Source of the DNA: Octopus sinensis
Lineage: Eukaryota
Direction of reading: 5' to 3'
DNA length: 64,000 nucleotides
NCBI RefSeq assembly: GCF_006345805.1
Contig: NC_043004.1
Coordinates: 19,344,001 to 19,408,000 of the forward strand
Part shown: positions 12,621 through 26,081 of the stretch, one piece after another
How the letters are laid out: the number at the start of each line of letters is the position of its first letter
Position numbering within the stretch: the stretch's first letter is position 1
Position numbers and translations under genes: made by a program
Notes under the pieces: generated by a model
Told to the model about the DNA's origin: nothing
The model's database searches: none
What the model saw: only the letters and a program-made list of their open reading frames with translations

Positions 12621-12789
12621 ATTATGCCTGCATCTTTAAGTGCTTTAACGTACTTATCTTTATGACTAGTCCTCATTAGAAGAGGGATACGAAATTCTTT
12701 TACTGATGCACTTTATTAGATCTCCTTTTATAGATTGTGGATGATTACTTTGATAGTTTATATACATTAAGTTAGAGTTAGGTTTCATG

Positions 12790-13250
12790 TAAGATTGGTG
12801 TAAACCTGTATTTAAATTGCAATTAACGCCTGGGTAATTGATAGAGTAATTTTCATTTTCTATAGTGACAGAAATGCCGAATCTATTGAAGAATTATACT
12901 GACGTTAAGTAGTTCTACGCGTGTATTAGAGGTGTTTTTAATTATACAGACCCCCTGCTCCAAATTCAGCGAATTCCTTAGTGATATTGTCCAATAGGTA
13001 CCTTCCCGCAAGATCAGTTCCCTCCGCTGAGTCTGGAGACCCATAGATATATCAAAGAAAGCAGGTGTGTCCTTCCTAGCTCACAGTTTATTATCAAATT
13101 CGATAATGGACTTACGGGCCGTGAGCATTACGTTGATTTCCTTCTTAATTATCTTAGTAAAGTTCTTAGCAAAAATGAGCGCACTATTTAGAATAGTGGG
13201 GTTTATGGGGGAGTAATAATTGTGAATGTAGGTAAATCATACTGTTAGTA
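12790..13250 (-). mobile_element. Penelope-like element reverse transcriptase fragment
   Basis: Minus strand gives ILNSALIFAKNFT...ARKSIIEFDNKL..RK...FFDISMGSPDSAE..DLAGRYLL...GGLY, matching the PLE RT motifs FDxxMGSxDxAE and GLYRDD. Confidence 0.8.
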
Positions 13251-13832
13251 TGCGCAGGCGTGGCTGTGTGGTAAGAAAGAAGCTTGCTTCCCAACCACAT
13301 AGTTCCGGGTTCACTCCCATTGCGTGGTACCTTGGGCAAGTGTCTTCTACTCGGGCCGAGCAAAGCCTTGCGAGTGGATTTGGTAGACGGAAACTGAAAG
13401 AAGTTTATATATATGTGTGTGTGTATGAATATACTTTATTAAAAGCAGCAGAAATATCACAAAAGCTGTTATTCAGAGTTTCGCGTTCCCATTCGTCGGA
13501 CAGTTTTGTCTGAACGAACAGAACGTGAAACTCTGAGTAACAGTTTTTGTGATATTTCTGTTGCGTTTGATAAAGTATATTCATACACACACACATATAT
13601 ATAAACTTCTTTCAGTTTCCGTCTACCAAATCCACTCGCAAGGCTTTGCTCGGCCCGAGTAGAAGACACTTGCCCAAGGTACCACGCAATGGGAGTGAAC
13701 CCGGAACTATGTGGTTGGGAAGCAAGCTTCTTTCTTACCACACAGCCACGCCTGCGCATACTAACAGTATGATTTACCTACATTCAAAATTATTACTCCC
13801 CCATAAACCCCACTATTCTAAATAGTGCGCTC
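13177..13832. repeat. 656-bp fold-back palindrome (328-bp arms, 4-nt loop) containing two inverted SINE-A left arms
   Basis: 13177-13502 is the reverse complement of 13507-13832; loop gttt at 13503-13506; one mismatch in the outer ~260 bp. Confidence 0.95.
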
Positions 13833-14879
13833 TGGTATTTGAGTACTCTTTTTTCCACCTTGTTTCCACCTTGTTTCACATTTATGTGCTTACTCCGGTA
13901 TATGTGAATATATATATATGCATGCGAATATATATATATATATATATATATATATTCGTACGGTTTTCCATAGTTTAGACAGGAATTGATTCTGAAGAAG
14001 AAATTTTGAGATAGGATGTTTTCTTGTGGCCAACTGCCAGTGGATTTCAAGTAAAGGCCTTCTTTTTAATCACTAAACGGCAGATCAAACGGCCGAAATG
14101 TCAAGACGAATAGTAAACAACACCACCATTTCGCTCAAACGTTGATAAACAAAAGAACCACATTTAGGCACATTCGCGCGTGAAGACTCCATACACATAT
14201 ACCCAGATGTATTCAATGTGTAAACATAACACTCTCTCTCCAACCTTATATACGTGTGTGTGTGTGTGTGTGTGCGCGCACACACACACATACACACACA
14301 CACATACACATACACACACATACACACACTGAGAGAGATCCTGTCCGTACATTCGACTTCAACAATGACCAGTTGTTTATCTCTGGCACATTCAATACCT
14401 TTATCTTTTAGTCACTCGAAGTGATACACACGCACACACATAAATAAATACACTTATGCAAACACATGCACGTGCACACACACGCACATACACACTTTCA
14501 CAAACACAAAAAGTTTCATTGTATTTGCCACTAAATATATACTTACATTTAAACTGGCTTGTACGTATACCTGTATGTGTCTCTGCGTCACAAACACACA
14601 CACACATACACACACATACATACACACACACACACACATACACACATGTATGCAGACACATATGTACATATATAAAATTAATATAAACAGTAGTTTGCAA
14701 TGTTTCATTGAAAAAGAATAATTATACTTGTCGTTAAATTTGACTAGGGTGTTAGGAAACACCTGCATTGCTAGAAATAAGAGTTAAAATTCTCTAATGC
14801 TATAGTTAACACACATAAATGTAAACATATACACTAACAGGGATCTTAATGGTCCGAAAAATGCCGATTGAGAATTCTT

Positions 14880-14926
14880 TATGCTGACATCAGTTTCGGC
14901 AATTTCCGCTGCCTCATCAGTTAAGA
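14880..14926 (-). ncRNA. Hammerhead ribozyme-like motif with perfect core
   Basis: Minus strand reads CTGATGA-GGCAG-cggaaa-TTGCC-GAAAC-tgat-GTC; stem I is not canonical. Confidence 0.6.
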
Positions 14927-15178
14927 CTGACTCGAAAGTTCAGTTCCTTTTGAACTTGCTTGTCAATTAGTATATATGTTTCCGCTATCCAAATTAATGG
15001 ATGATTTAGCGATTCGCTAATGTGTATTCATAAAATTAATATAAACTGCAGTTTGAATGTTTCATCAAAATTGATGTCAGTATTAAGAATGTTCAGCATT
15101 TGCTTTTTCGCCGTATTCATATGTAGTGACAATTATGATTCTCATTTTTACTGGAGCATTATTATATATATATAAAAT

Positions 15179-15953
15179 CTGAAGGTTCAGTAAATTGTAT
15201 TACATACATATGAGAGGGATGACCACCATGTGGACAATTCTAATGCTAGAAGTAGATCCGCTATGGTCTTACCACTAAGAAATGTTCTCAAGAAAATTTA
15301 GCAAACACCAGAATGTAAGCGAGCAAGAAAAAGGAAAAGTAACAAAAATATAGATTAATCATAAACAGATCATAAGTGGATCTACTTCTAGCATTAGGGT
15401 TGTCCACATAGTGGTCATCCCTCTCATATGTATGTAATTTACTGAACCTTCAGTTTTTAATGATAGACCACTGGTTTTAAATTGATGTTAATCGAATTAA
15501 TATCCAATTTTTCACCCTCATTTTAATTTTGATTTTAAATTAATACGTTCTTTAACCGGCAAAAGCTACTGCAGTGAATTATTTTATGCAGTATTATTTC
15601 CGGTAATTTAGCGCGCCAAATCGAGAACTTTTGGAAAATAACCACAAGTGTAATAAGTAGAACTAGATGCATGTCCGACCCCGTGCGGACGTCTAGTTTA
15701 TAGTTCTGCGAATTATATTTGTATGGACGATCATACTGAAGATCTACGGACAAATTGCGTAAGTAAAATTACGTTATCTATTGATAGTGAAACATTGTTT
15801 ATGATTAATCTATATTTTTGTTACTTTTCATTTGTCTTGCTCGCTTACGTTCTGGTGTTTGCTAAATTTTTTTGAGAACATTTCTTAGTGGTAAGACCAT
15901 AGCGGATCTACTTCTAGCATTAGGGTTGTCCACATAGTGGTCATCCTTCTCAT
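15179..15953. mobile_element. MITE-like element with nested inverted repeats
   Basis: 15179-15266 is inverted at 15371-15453, and 15210-15367 is inverted at 15796-15953; related sequence occurs at 3755-3870. Confidence 0.75.
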
Positions 15954-15972
15954 GTGTATATAATACAATTTA

Positions 15973-16058
<86 letters not shown>

Positions 16059-16194
16059 AAAAGACAATTATGCAGATAAACAATTTAAACACATCAAATA
16101 TATTAAATAATCAAACATCAAATACAAAATGCGTATGAAGCAGCACTGTCTTCTATACGCAGAATCTCTGGATCTCATCTGCGAACTATATATT

Positions 16195-16255
<61 letters not shown>

Positions 16256-16256
16256 T

Positions 16257-16347
<91 letters not shown>

Positions 16348-17039
16348 CACATAAACATACATATATGCATATATTGCCACAAAATATCTGGTGAACAAAT
16401 ATGAATTTGTCAGTGTTAACTACATCCCAAGATGGAGCCTTGTGTATTTGTTGGAAACCGTCTCCCTCCTCAGTGGAATGTTTATGATAATTAAAAAATA
16501 GAAGAAACGTACATACATACATACATAGACGTATACAGAAACACACATGTACCGATACGCATATTGGTATAAAACTGCTAGCACAGGAGCATACGTGAAA
16601 CATGGCTAAGTGTGCACACATATGCATACATAGGCACACCACGCATTTATTTGTATCCATGTACACAAGTGTGTGTGTGTGAGTGTGTGTGTATGTGTGT
16701 TTTAGTGGGTGTTAATGCGTTTGTATACTTTATTTAAATAATTTATTTAAAAGCGTTTGGTAGAAATGTAACGAACTATGATACTGAAGCAGTGTAAAGA
16801 TGCAATTTGAAAAAGAGAGAGAATTTATGAGAATTAGAGAGAGGTATAGGATGAGAATTAGAGAGGGCGAGAAAGAGAGAAAGAAAGGGTAAGTGTTATA
16901 TCAGAGAGGTAGACTTTGCAAAGAAGGTAAAAAATGAACGATAAAGAATTCTTTTGTTTTAGACTAAAATAGTGCATGGACTGAAATAGTAAGTGGACTT
17001 AGAAACGATTGAGACGTACGATAACATTCTTTTTGACAT

Positions 17040-17620
17040 TAGACTGAAGCAATCCATTATTAGAAAGTTTTCTTAACGTTGACCTTTCAGCTGAGAGTCG
17101 AAACAAGCATCTCGTGGCTCTGCTGTGCAGTTCCAGTTTCTAATCTCGGTTATAAGTGGTTCATTTAACTAATACACTTGAGAACGAAATAAAAGTCATA
17201 ATGTTTGAATGTTTACCTTGCTTGAACTCTGTGTCTTTTCAAAAACAAAACAACTAATAACTACCTTTATGTAACGAAAGGAAGCAAAGCACAGCTAGAT
17301 AAATTTGCATGTTTATTTCAATTTTCGGTTACTGGGAATTCACAAATTATTGAACGAATACTTTCATACTTTGATGACCACGCATCAGATTTTCATCGAG
17401 TCAGACCAATCGGAAATAAATTCTTGTTTTTCCATAGATAATAGGCCCTTGGGCAAACGTTTTGTTGTTAATTTTGGAATCAGCCAAGTTTCGTACGAGA
17501 ATATTTCAGTTAGTTTTCGGATTACTGATTCCAGCTAGTTTTTAGCTTTCTGGACAAATGTTGTTGGACAAACTTCTCTGTCACAACGTTTCCTCAAAAG
17601 AATTTTCTCTGCCTCTATCC
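17040..17620 (-). mobile_element. Possible decayed hAT-like transposase C-terminus
   Basis: Minus frame LPKGLLSMEKQEFISDWSD and AQQSH weakly recall Charlie/Buster transposases; many stops. Confidence 0.25.
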
Positions 17621-18358
17621 TTCCACAGTATTACTTCATCTCAAGTTTTAATAATGTTTTTATATTATTTTTCTACATAAATAAATTTTTTCCTGTAAAC
17701 CCTAATCACTGTTCCCCTCTATGGAGATGCCGCTATCTACACGATTTTCTTGTCCACTTAACCCAGGCTTTATCCTATTGCATCTAAAATACTTTTAACC
17801 TGGCATATATAATTTACATGAACGGAGAATTCGAAAAACATATCCATGGTTATACGATAACCTGGATTTATTTAAAACCACCGATGGACCCACAATGTTT
17901 TGCAATGAATCGTACTAACATCAACACATGTACACTACTCATATATAAGATGGCTCATCGTTGGTTTCAATGATGAATATTCAGTTGTTCGATCATGTAC
18001 TAAAGTATAAGTAATTGCACAAATAGCCTTAACATGATTCTCAGCCAGATTCAGCTTGACACAGTGTGTAGCAAAGTTAAATCTTTGAATTACGGATACA
18101 ATCCATCTGATGGGTTTCTAAGCAATTTCTGCACACCAAATTTCACTCACAAAGTACGGTTGAACTCAAAACTGTAACAAAACGACACTCAATCAAGCAA
18201 TCTCCTCGACCATTCAACCATTTTGTAGTCATCCATTCATCCATCCATGCACACATGCACACACTCATACACACACACACTCACACATTTATCCAGCCAT
18301 CCACCCACCATTTATCCATCCATCCATTCGTATGTGTGGTGTGTGTGTGTGTGTGTGT

Positions 18359-18395
<37 letters not shown>

Positions 18396-19522
18396 TGTAG
18401 TAACAAAGTATTTTCGATTGCTTGAGAAATAATTAGTAAAGCAAAACCTTGTAGAATAGACTATAACAGATGTGACTCTTGTGTGAAAGAAATGTACCAA
18501 ACTTTCACTTCTAAATTTACTTTTATAAAAACTAGACAGGAACAAGCTATGGGATGCCCACACTGGATTAAATATACAGTTAAACGGTTTAAAGAAACGT
18601 AACTTACCATCTATAGTAATTATACTAGTTAAAATAACGATTGTGATCATTAATGATATTTATGCAAATAATGCTAATAAATATAATTATAATATCAATA
18701 ACAATAATATTGATTGAGAACATAAACTCAAAATAAGTAAAATACCTCTGAATAAATAATGTACTTCATAGAGAAAAACGTAAACGAAACTGATACAATT
18801 GATTGTAATATAAGTAGACATTTTAAAACCACATTTCAACCGTAATACCAGTAGAGGTGATTATAAGACCAGAATTCAATTTGATTTAAAAAGTAACGCT
18901 ATAACCTTCAACTGAATACCAACGCATGGTAGCTTGTTTGAATTAATTCACTTGGAAACGTTGTAAGTGGTGGACTCTTGAGGAAATTGCAGCGACTACG
19001 ATGCATAATATGCAAACAACGAGCGGAAAAGAAAGGTGAACGATGGTTACGTGTGAGCAACGAGAGAGAGAAAAAGAGAAAGAGAGAGAGAGACAGAGAC
19101 AGACAGACAGACAGACAGAGAGAAAAAGACGAAAGGGAGAAAAGGGAATTAGAGAAGAATGGGGGAGAAAACAGTATAGAGTGGAGTTGCATCAAAAAGG
19201 TATATATATATATAAACTTACTTGGAAATGGATGCGTGACGTTCAATTAAATTCCCTACTTTGACCCTCCATAAATCCCAAATTTTATGTTGGAATTCAC
19301 GGGAGTAACTGTCTTCGAAAACTCATACTGTAGTTGAGTGCTCAAAATAAGGATTAGATAGACAGCCAACAACTGATGAAGGGTCATTTTTTGTGTTACT
19401 TGTCCTATTTTCTATATTTTCATTTTGTTTGCGTATTTAACGTGTTTGCTTTCGTACTTCACGTTATTTACAATTGATGATGTCCTGTACCCATATATGC
19501 ATGTATATATATATACATATAT

Positions 19523-19611
<89 letters not shown>

Positions 19612-20337
19612 GTATGTATATTCATGTACCTCGATGCAAGCTGTGATTTTAACGTTTTGTATTACTCACTTGTTTTTGTGAAATCGTAAGTGGTGGCTGT
19701 CACGTGTCCGTATTGTGGTTTGTTATTGTGTTCGTCTTGGTCGTGTTTCTTGTCGTTCGCAGTTTCTTTGCAGAATGTGCATACATTTGTGCATGTATGC
19801 AATTATCAAGAAAATTTGTTATCAGTATTCAGGTCAGAATACCGCCGAGATATACTCTTTTCTTCTTCTGGTTTCAATTTGTAATGTTTATTTTGGTTTC
19901 AGTTCAATTTACGTGTGAGGAAAAAACTGTTGTTTCTTACTTCTGGAAATGGAATAGGCATTGAATAACTGCTGCGAGTAGTCATTTTCGTCTTATTCTG
20001 AGCTGATCTTCTATAAACATAAAAAAAAATCATGTTCCGGAGATATAAGAACGGTAACAATGTCATTTCATTCTGTTGCGATGTGTGTGTGTGTGTGTGT
20101 GTGGTGTGTGTGTGTGTGTGTGTGTTGGTCACAACGGATACAGATAATTGCCAAGTTTTAAGAATATATCAAACGAGGAGAAACCAGCCAAGAGAAGAAA
20201 TACAGAGCTGCGAATAAGCACATTCGAAATTTGACAAAAAGAAAAATATTGATTTCTTGAAAATAGTTGCTCATAACGTGAAATTTCCATATCCTAAAAT
20301 GCAATTATCATTGAATATTTTAATTGTCATTTGTGTG

Positions 20338-20425
<88 letters not shown>

Positions 20426-20714
20426 GTGTACGAGTGCATTCTTGACAATTTTGAAATAACTTCAAATCACTGAACTATAGTTTTAATTTCTTCTTTCTAA
20501 CGTATTGATACGCATCTATCATTTATACAACCGTCAACCTTCTATATGCACCATTTTATGTACTTCCCTTTGCTTGATAAGTTTAGTAAAATTAAGATTT
20601 TACAATGAAAAGGTTTTCCTAATATTTTATTTGTTTTGTTTTCGGCGTTCCCCTCCAATTTTCGATATTTCCCACCTCTTAACACCAACAGAAAGAGGAA
20701 GTCTGTACTCATTA

Positions 20715-20790
20715 TCTATCTACCTACCTACCTACCTATCTATCTATCTATATATATATATATATATATATTTGTCTGTCTGTCTCTCTG

Positions 20791-20845
<55 letters not shown>

Positions 20846-20866
20846 GTCTGTCTATCTATCTATCTT

Positions 20867-20911
<45 letters not shown>

Positions 20912-20912
20912 A
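20715..20912. repeat. (TATC)n microsatellite
   Basis: Direct reading of the sequence. Confidence 0.95.
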
Positions 20913-21563
20913 TAATCTAATCTAATCTACTCGCACAACAGCCTGCCACTATTTATCTCTTTATTAATCTTGTTATCTATGCTTAAAAATCAATCTCTAT
21001 AACGTCATTTGCCTAAACAGTTAAGCATTAAAACCTAAACCAACAAAAAGACCTAAATTTTCTTTTGCTATCTTGATATTACGTTGTCTTATTATTTCAT
21101 ATTGATATATATCATGTACAAAGAATTAGAAACTAAAGAGGCTGATAAAGGGAATGCAGTAATCTTGGAGGATACAGAATACTATAAAAATCCTGTTAGA
21201 TGAGATTATGGAAGGACCTATACGTATATAGGCACGGGTGTGTATGCTAAAGGTGCAAGCTACAATAGGTTTAAGTGTGGCTGTGTGGTAAGAACTTTGC
21301 TTTCTAACCACATGTTTTCGGATTCAGTCTCACTGCGTGGCACCTACTAGAGCTGCCACCGACCAAGGCGTTGTGAGGGGACTTTTTAAACAAAAGTTGA
21401 AAGATATTCGTATTTATATATCTATAGGTTGAAAAAAGTGTAGAAATCTATACAAATAAAATTTTTATACATGAAAGATGAAGGTGGAAATAGTACAGAA
21501 GACTAAGACATTTCAGTTTAAGAAGGAATTTAATAAAAATAATTCTAAAAATTATATAAAGAG

Positions 21564-21606
21564 AATATTACCGGTTTCGATGGTGAAGCTCATCTTATCA
21601 AATATC
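21564..21606 (-). ncRNA. Decayed hammerhead-like motif (PLE-type)
   Basis: GATAT-TTGATAA-GATG-agcttcac-CATC-GAAAC-CG-GTA-ATATT; all three stems pair, and the core carries two transitions. Confidence 0.45.
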
Positions 21607-21684
21607 AGTAAAAATTTATAAAAATTAGAAGTTTAAACAGTTTATCTTCTGTTTGGGGATCAAGAACATATCTTGACATAAGCG

Positions 21685-21822
21685 CTGCTGTTTCTGTATG
21701 GTAAGAAGCTTTTTTCCCAACCACAAGGTTCCGAGCTCAGTCAAACTGCGTGGTACCTTGGGCAAGTGTCTTCTACTATAGCCTCGGGTCAACCTTGTGA
21801 GTGGATTTGGTTGACGGAAACA
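21685..21822 (+). mobile_element. SINE family A left arm; another decayed copy lies at ~21266-21420
   Basis: ctgcgtggtaccttgggcaagtgtcttctactatagcc...ggatttggttgacggaaac. Confidence 0.8.
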
Positions 21823-22989
21823 GATTTTGTCTATCACATAATATTTTTGAGATACAAAATCTTTTAGAGTTGCTAGAAACAGCTATTTAATGCTCATAAA
21901 GGAAGAATCAAACAACATACGTAAATGTATTTTTAATATACAATGTATTTTTTTACTCTAATAAATCAAAACACAAAGATGTGTGAGTAAATGCACATTG
22001 GCATATAAGAATTAAACTTGGTTATAACAAAGTATGAATACAAAATCTCTGTTCATTGTGTACTGCAAGAACTTCCGCTTTTTTGACGATCTCTTGTGCA
22101 CAGCTTCTGGAATGTCTCTCATTAAACTCCAGCAGTAATCTGCCGTCATGTTTGAGTCCCATTCTTCCATTACATTTACATCTTGATGAACTCATTCACC
22201 TTGTTCTTCGCTAACGTGACTCATGTTCTCTGCAAATTCACCCAGGTGACTGTGTAAGTAGTGCAATTTAATGCTCATTCTACATCCAAACGCTTGCAAG
22301 CTCAAGAGCAGCCCATCCTCAATTTCTTGATTGTTGTCAGCTTTCCTGTTCCCAAAGAAATTCCACACCACATCAGGGAAGACTTTCCAAACTCTAGCCC
22401 CCGCCGTACTCATCGTGTAACAAAATATGGATCACTGAGTAGTGTTTTCATTTGAGGTCCATCAAATATTCCTGCCTTCTTCTTCTCGTCACTGTGACTT
22501 GAAAAGATTGTACATATATATGTGAAGCAATCTCCACTGTGATCATGAGCTTTGATGAATTGCTTCATCACACAAAGTTTCAGCACAGGTTTTGCAAACT
22601 TCGTGGGGATCCCAGATTTTTTCCTGGACTCCAAGTGCTACTTTAAAGTAAGCAAGATACACCTTTTTGACAAAGTTATTAGTGTTGTGCATTTGAATCT
22701 GTGGAGGGAAGTTTCCAAAGATATAACGGAAGATATCAGGGTCAATCTTTTGAACACGTCCTTCTTTTTGAAAATTAGCATTACAATCTAGTCCAAAATT
22801 TCCGCAGATTGTGGTGTTAAATTAACTTTCTTTTATGCTTCAGGTAAATAAAAGTGTGAACCGATCGCAAAAAAAGGTGATGTGATAGAGCAAATCTGAG
22901 GTCAGTTTTGGAATCAGCACCCAATATTAATCTAAAACAGCTCTTAGATTTTATGCCAGAAAATAAAAGTTTTCCTGGCAAGGAATAGT
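21823..22989 (-). mobile_element. Chapaev3-type (CMC) DNA transposon, internally deleted
   Basis: Minus strand gives MKQFIKA..SGDCFTYIC..EKKKAGIFDGPQ and FGCRMSIKLHYLHSHL..FAENM..VSEEQGE..HQD..MTADYCWSL.RD; CAC terminus and subterminal repeats at ~22880-22989. Confidence 0.8.
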
Positions 22990-24202
22990 GGAAGTTATCA
23001 GTTCCATTTCAGAATAGAAAGTGAATTAGAGTTAAGTAGGAATAATATGCTACAGTGTAAAGGAAAGACAGAAGAGTAGATGCACTAAAGTAGATATATA
23101 CTAGTCTGCATAGTGAGGGCTGTTTGTCGAAAGAGGTTAGGGGGTGTATATACAAAGGCAGGTAGATAAAAGGATGAGGAATAGCAGATGTCAGATGCTT
23201 TCATTCTCTAGCTGACCATCAGCGCTGGCCAGAGTTCTAAGGTGACAAGAGTGGGAGAGAGGGGATTAGTATGGTAATAAAGGTGTAGTAAAAGATAACG
23301 AAGATCTTGAATTATAGAGAGTGTGATTAAGACTAGCGGTGCGGGGAGATTTAGGGCTCACCTGGTTATAATGGTGCTAGAAATAGATGCCCATAATATT
23401 AAAATTTTAAAATTTATAGTGTTAATGGAAGTGTATGCTCCTTCGTTGGAAATCAAAGAACAAAAATAATCTAAAGATGACAAATAGAAAATAAATAAAA
23501 GACATCTATTTACTAAGTTTAGGTAGAGTGAAATTATAGGGTCGTCCAATGATGAGGGAAATACAGTAATAACGGACAATGGAAAATAGATATCATATAA
23601 GTAAGTCAGTGAAAAGATTTGGAAAATTAAATTAATTATGTATTTTATTACTCAATGTATAACTCCATAACCGTGTGAAGAGAAGGACTTGTGGTTTTCA
23701 ATTAATAACAAATTTGTTGAAACGGAAAGTGTATTCGATTAATTACAATCTAGGTTAGATGCGTAAATATGAATTAATGGAAAGAATGAGGTTCTATGAA
23801 ATAAAAGATAAAAGGATATGATGGTAATGTAGATATACTAATTTAATTAAGTGAGCTCATATGATGCCTAAACTATATATCTCTGAGAATCAGAGGTAAT
23901 TGTTTTATCATAATTAAACTTGTAAAATTTAAATGATTTAAAAATTTATGAGCAGTTAGAGAAGGCTTCATGTTGCTTGTTTAATAACTGTGTTGAGTTA
24001 TATGACAGAATGTATATAGATTCCCTCAACATGGGGTACTTTTGGCCTTGTTATGGAAGACCTGAGTCATTGATGGAATAAGCTATGTTATGTCGTATGC
24101 TCTTTTTCATAAGGTCGTGCATATGCTCTGCGAGAGTAGATCTGCTATGTATTTATTATTTAAGTGAGGTTAAATGCGCAGATTATCTTTGTTTCAAATC
24201 AT

Positions 24203-24622
24203 AGGCGCAGGAGTGGCTGTGTGGTAAGTAGCTTGCTAACCACCACATGGTTCCGGGTTCAGTCCCACTGCGTGGCATCTTGTGCAAGTGTCTTCTGCTA
24301 TAGCCCCGGGCCTACCAATGCCTTGTGAGTGGATTTGGTAGACGGAAACTGAAAGAAGCCTGTCGTATATATGTATATATATATATGTATGTGTGTGTGT
24401 GTTTGTGTGTCTGTGTTTGTTCCCCTAGCATTGCTTGACAACCGATGCTGGTGTGTTTACGTCTCCGTCACTTAGCGGTTCGGCAAAAGAGACCGATAGA
24501 ATAAGTACTGGGCTTACAAAGAATAAGTCCCGGGGTCAAATTGCTTGACTAAAGGCGGTGCTCCAGCATGGCCGCAGTCAAATGACTGAAACAAGTAAAA
24601 GAGTAAAGAGTAAAGAGTAGAG
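24203..24622 (+). mobile_element. SINE family A, full dimeric copy
   Basis: Near-identical to 2740-3154. Confidence 0.92.
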
Positions 24623-25629
24623 AGTAACCCCAATATAAATCTCGGTAGAGTTTTGGAGTTTATTGATAACCGTGCACTTATAAACCACATTTAACCTCCT
24701 GCAGTGAGCTTGCAACGGACAAATAATTCACATTTATAATTAATAGAATACCTATTCAATTAGTCTACCAAGTGTAAATTCTAACTTTTACAAAATAAAG
24801 GTATCGCTTGAACATAAAGTGCTGTGTGCCAAGACTTTTCAACAAAGAACAACTATTACAAAAATTATTTAATTAGAACAACTAAAAGTTATCTAGAGTG
24901 CTTCAGCGAATATTTCACAAACAGTAAAGTTACATAATACTGGAAGTTATCCAAACCATAAAAGAAAGCAACTCTAATTCTCCAATACCAAAGTCTTTTA
25001 TCCTAAAGCAACGACACTTAATCAAACATAATTGCGGATACAATACGTCTGGCGTTGTCACCGTACATAAATTTTATTCAACATGGCATTTGTATTTTGA
25101 GTTATTTCACCTGTCTTTCTTAACCAGAATTATTTCAGTTATTTATCTCTGAATTAATGAAAATGGTGAGCTTCCATTTAACTGTACATTATTCATGTAG
25201 GAGACGTATCTGGGGAATTTCCACCAGTTGTTATTATTATCATTCTGGTTCTCTCCAAAAGTAGATCAATAAGAGAGACCACTAATAGAAACATACTGAT
25301 TATTATGTCATACTATACCAATACTATATGAATAAAACACATGTTAATCATCACCTGGTGACACTGTCTTTCATTGTGAATTACATGACGTATACAGCTT
25401 TAATATACATTTAGGGACGTCAACATACACTCCGATTTACATCTGTCCCTTTAAATTCATAAGACTATTTTAGCAATGTTTATATGCACTTTGTTGTCCA
25501 ATCTCCAATGAAGTCACTCAGCAAGCAGTGAACACTTAACTTCGAAATTTATCATTAAGAGTGCCTTTTTAGACTGATGGCGATGCCCTACTACATTGAC
25601 GTGCCACTGGTTGGAACCTTTAAAAGAAC

Positions 25630-25817
25630 GAGGCGTGGCTGTGTGGTAATTAGCTTGCTTTCCAACTTCATGGTTCTGGATTCCGTCCCACTACTTGGGC
25701 GAGTGTTTTCTACTAGAGCCACGGGTCGACCAAATCCTTGTGAGTGGAGTTGGTAGACGGAAACTGTAAAGAAGCCCGTCGTATATATATGTATATATAT
25801 ATGTATATATATATGTG

Positions 25818-25865
<48 letters not shown>

Positions 25866-25904
25866 CATATACATACATACATACATACATACATACAAAC
25901 ATAC

Positions 25905-25999
<95 letters not shown>

Positions 26000-26000
26000 G
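25630..26000 (+). mobile_element. SINE family A left arm running into an expanded (TA)/(TACA) microsatellite, right arm absent
   Basis: ggcgtggctgtgtgg...gaagcccgtcg followed by ~210 bp of microsatellite. Confidence 0.8.
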
Positions 26001-26081
26001 GTTGAAAATGAATACCCGAGATGATATATATGGAAAAAAGTCAAGGTTGAAAATGCTAAAATAATTTTATTAAAAGCATTT

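Noticed and set aside
15661-15698. Hairpin followed by CTAG, like a Helitron 3' end
   Set aside because: Only a 38-bp imperfect palindrome; no matching 5' end or Rep/helicase remnant.
17410-17433. GKTRIYFR, resembling the myosin converter motif
   Set aside because: Isolated 8-mer in a frame bounded by stops, with no other myosin features.
25117-25270. Plus-strand exon pair (ELFQLFISELMKM; ETYLGNF...)
   Set aside because: The implied intron is only about 50 nt or less and the downstream frame stops quickly.
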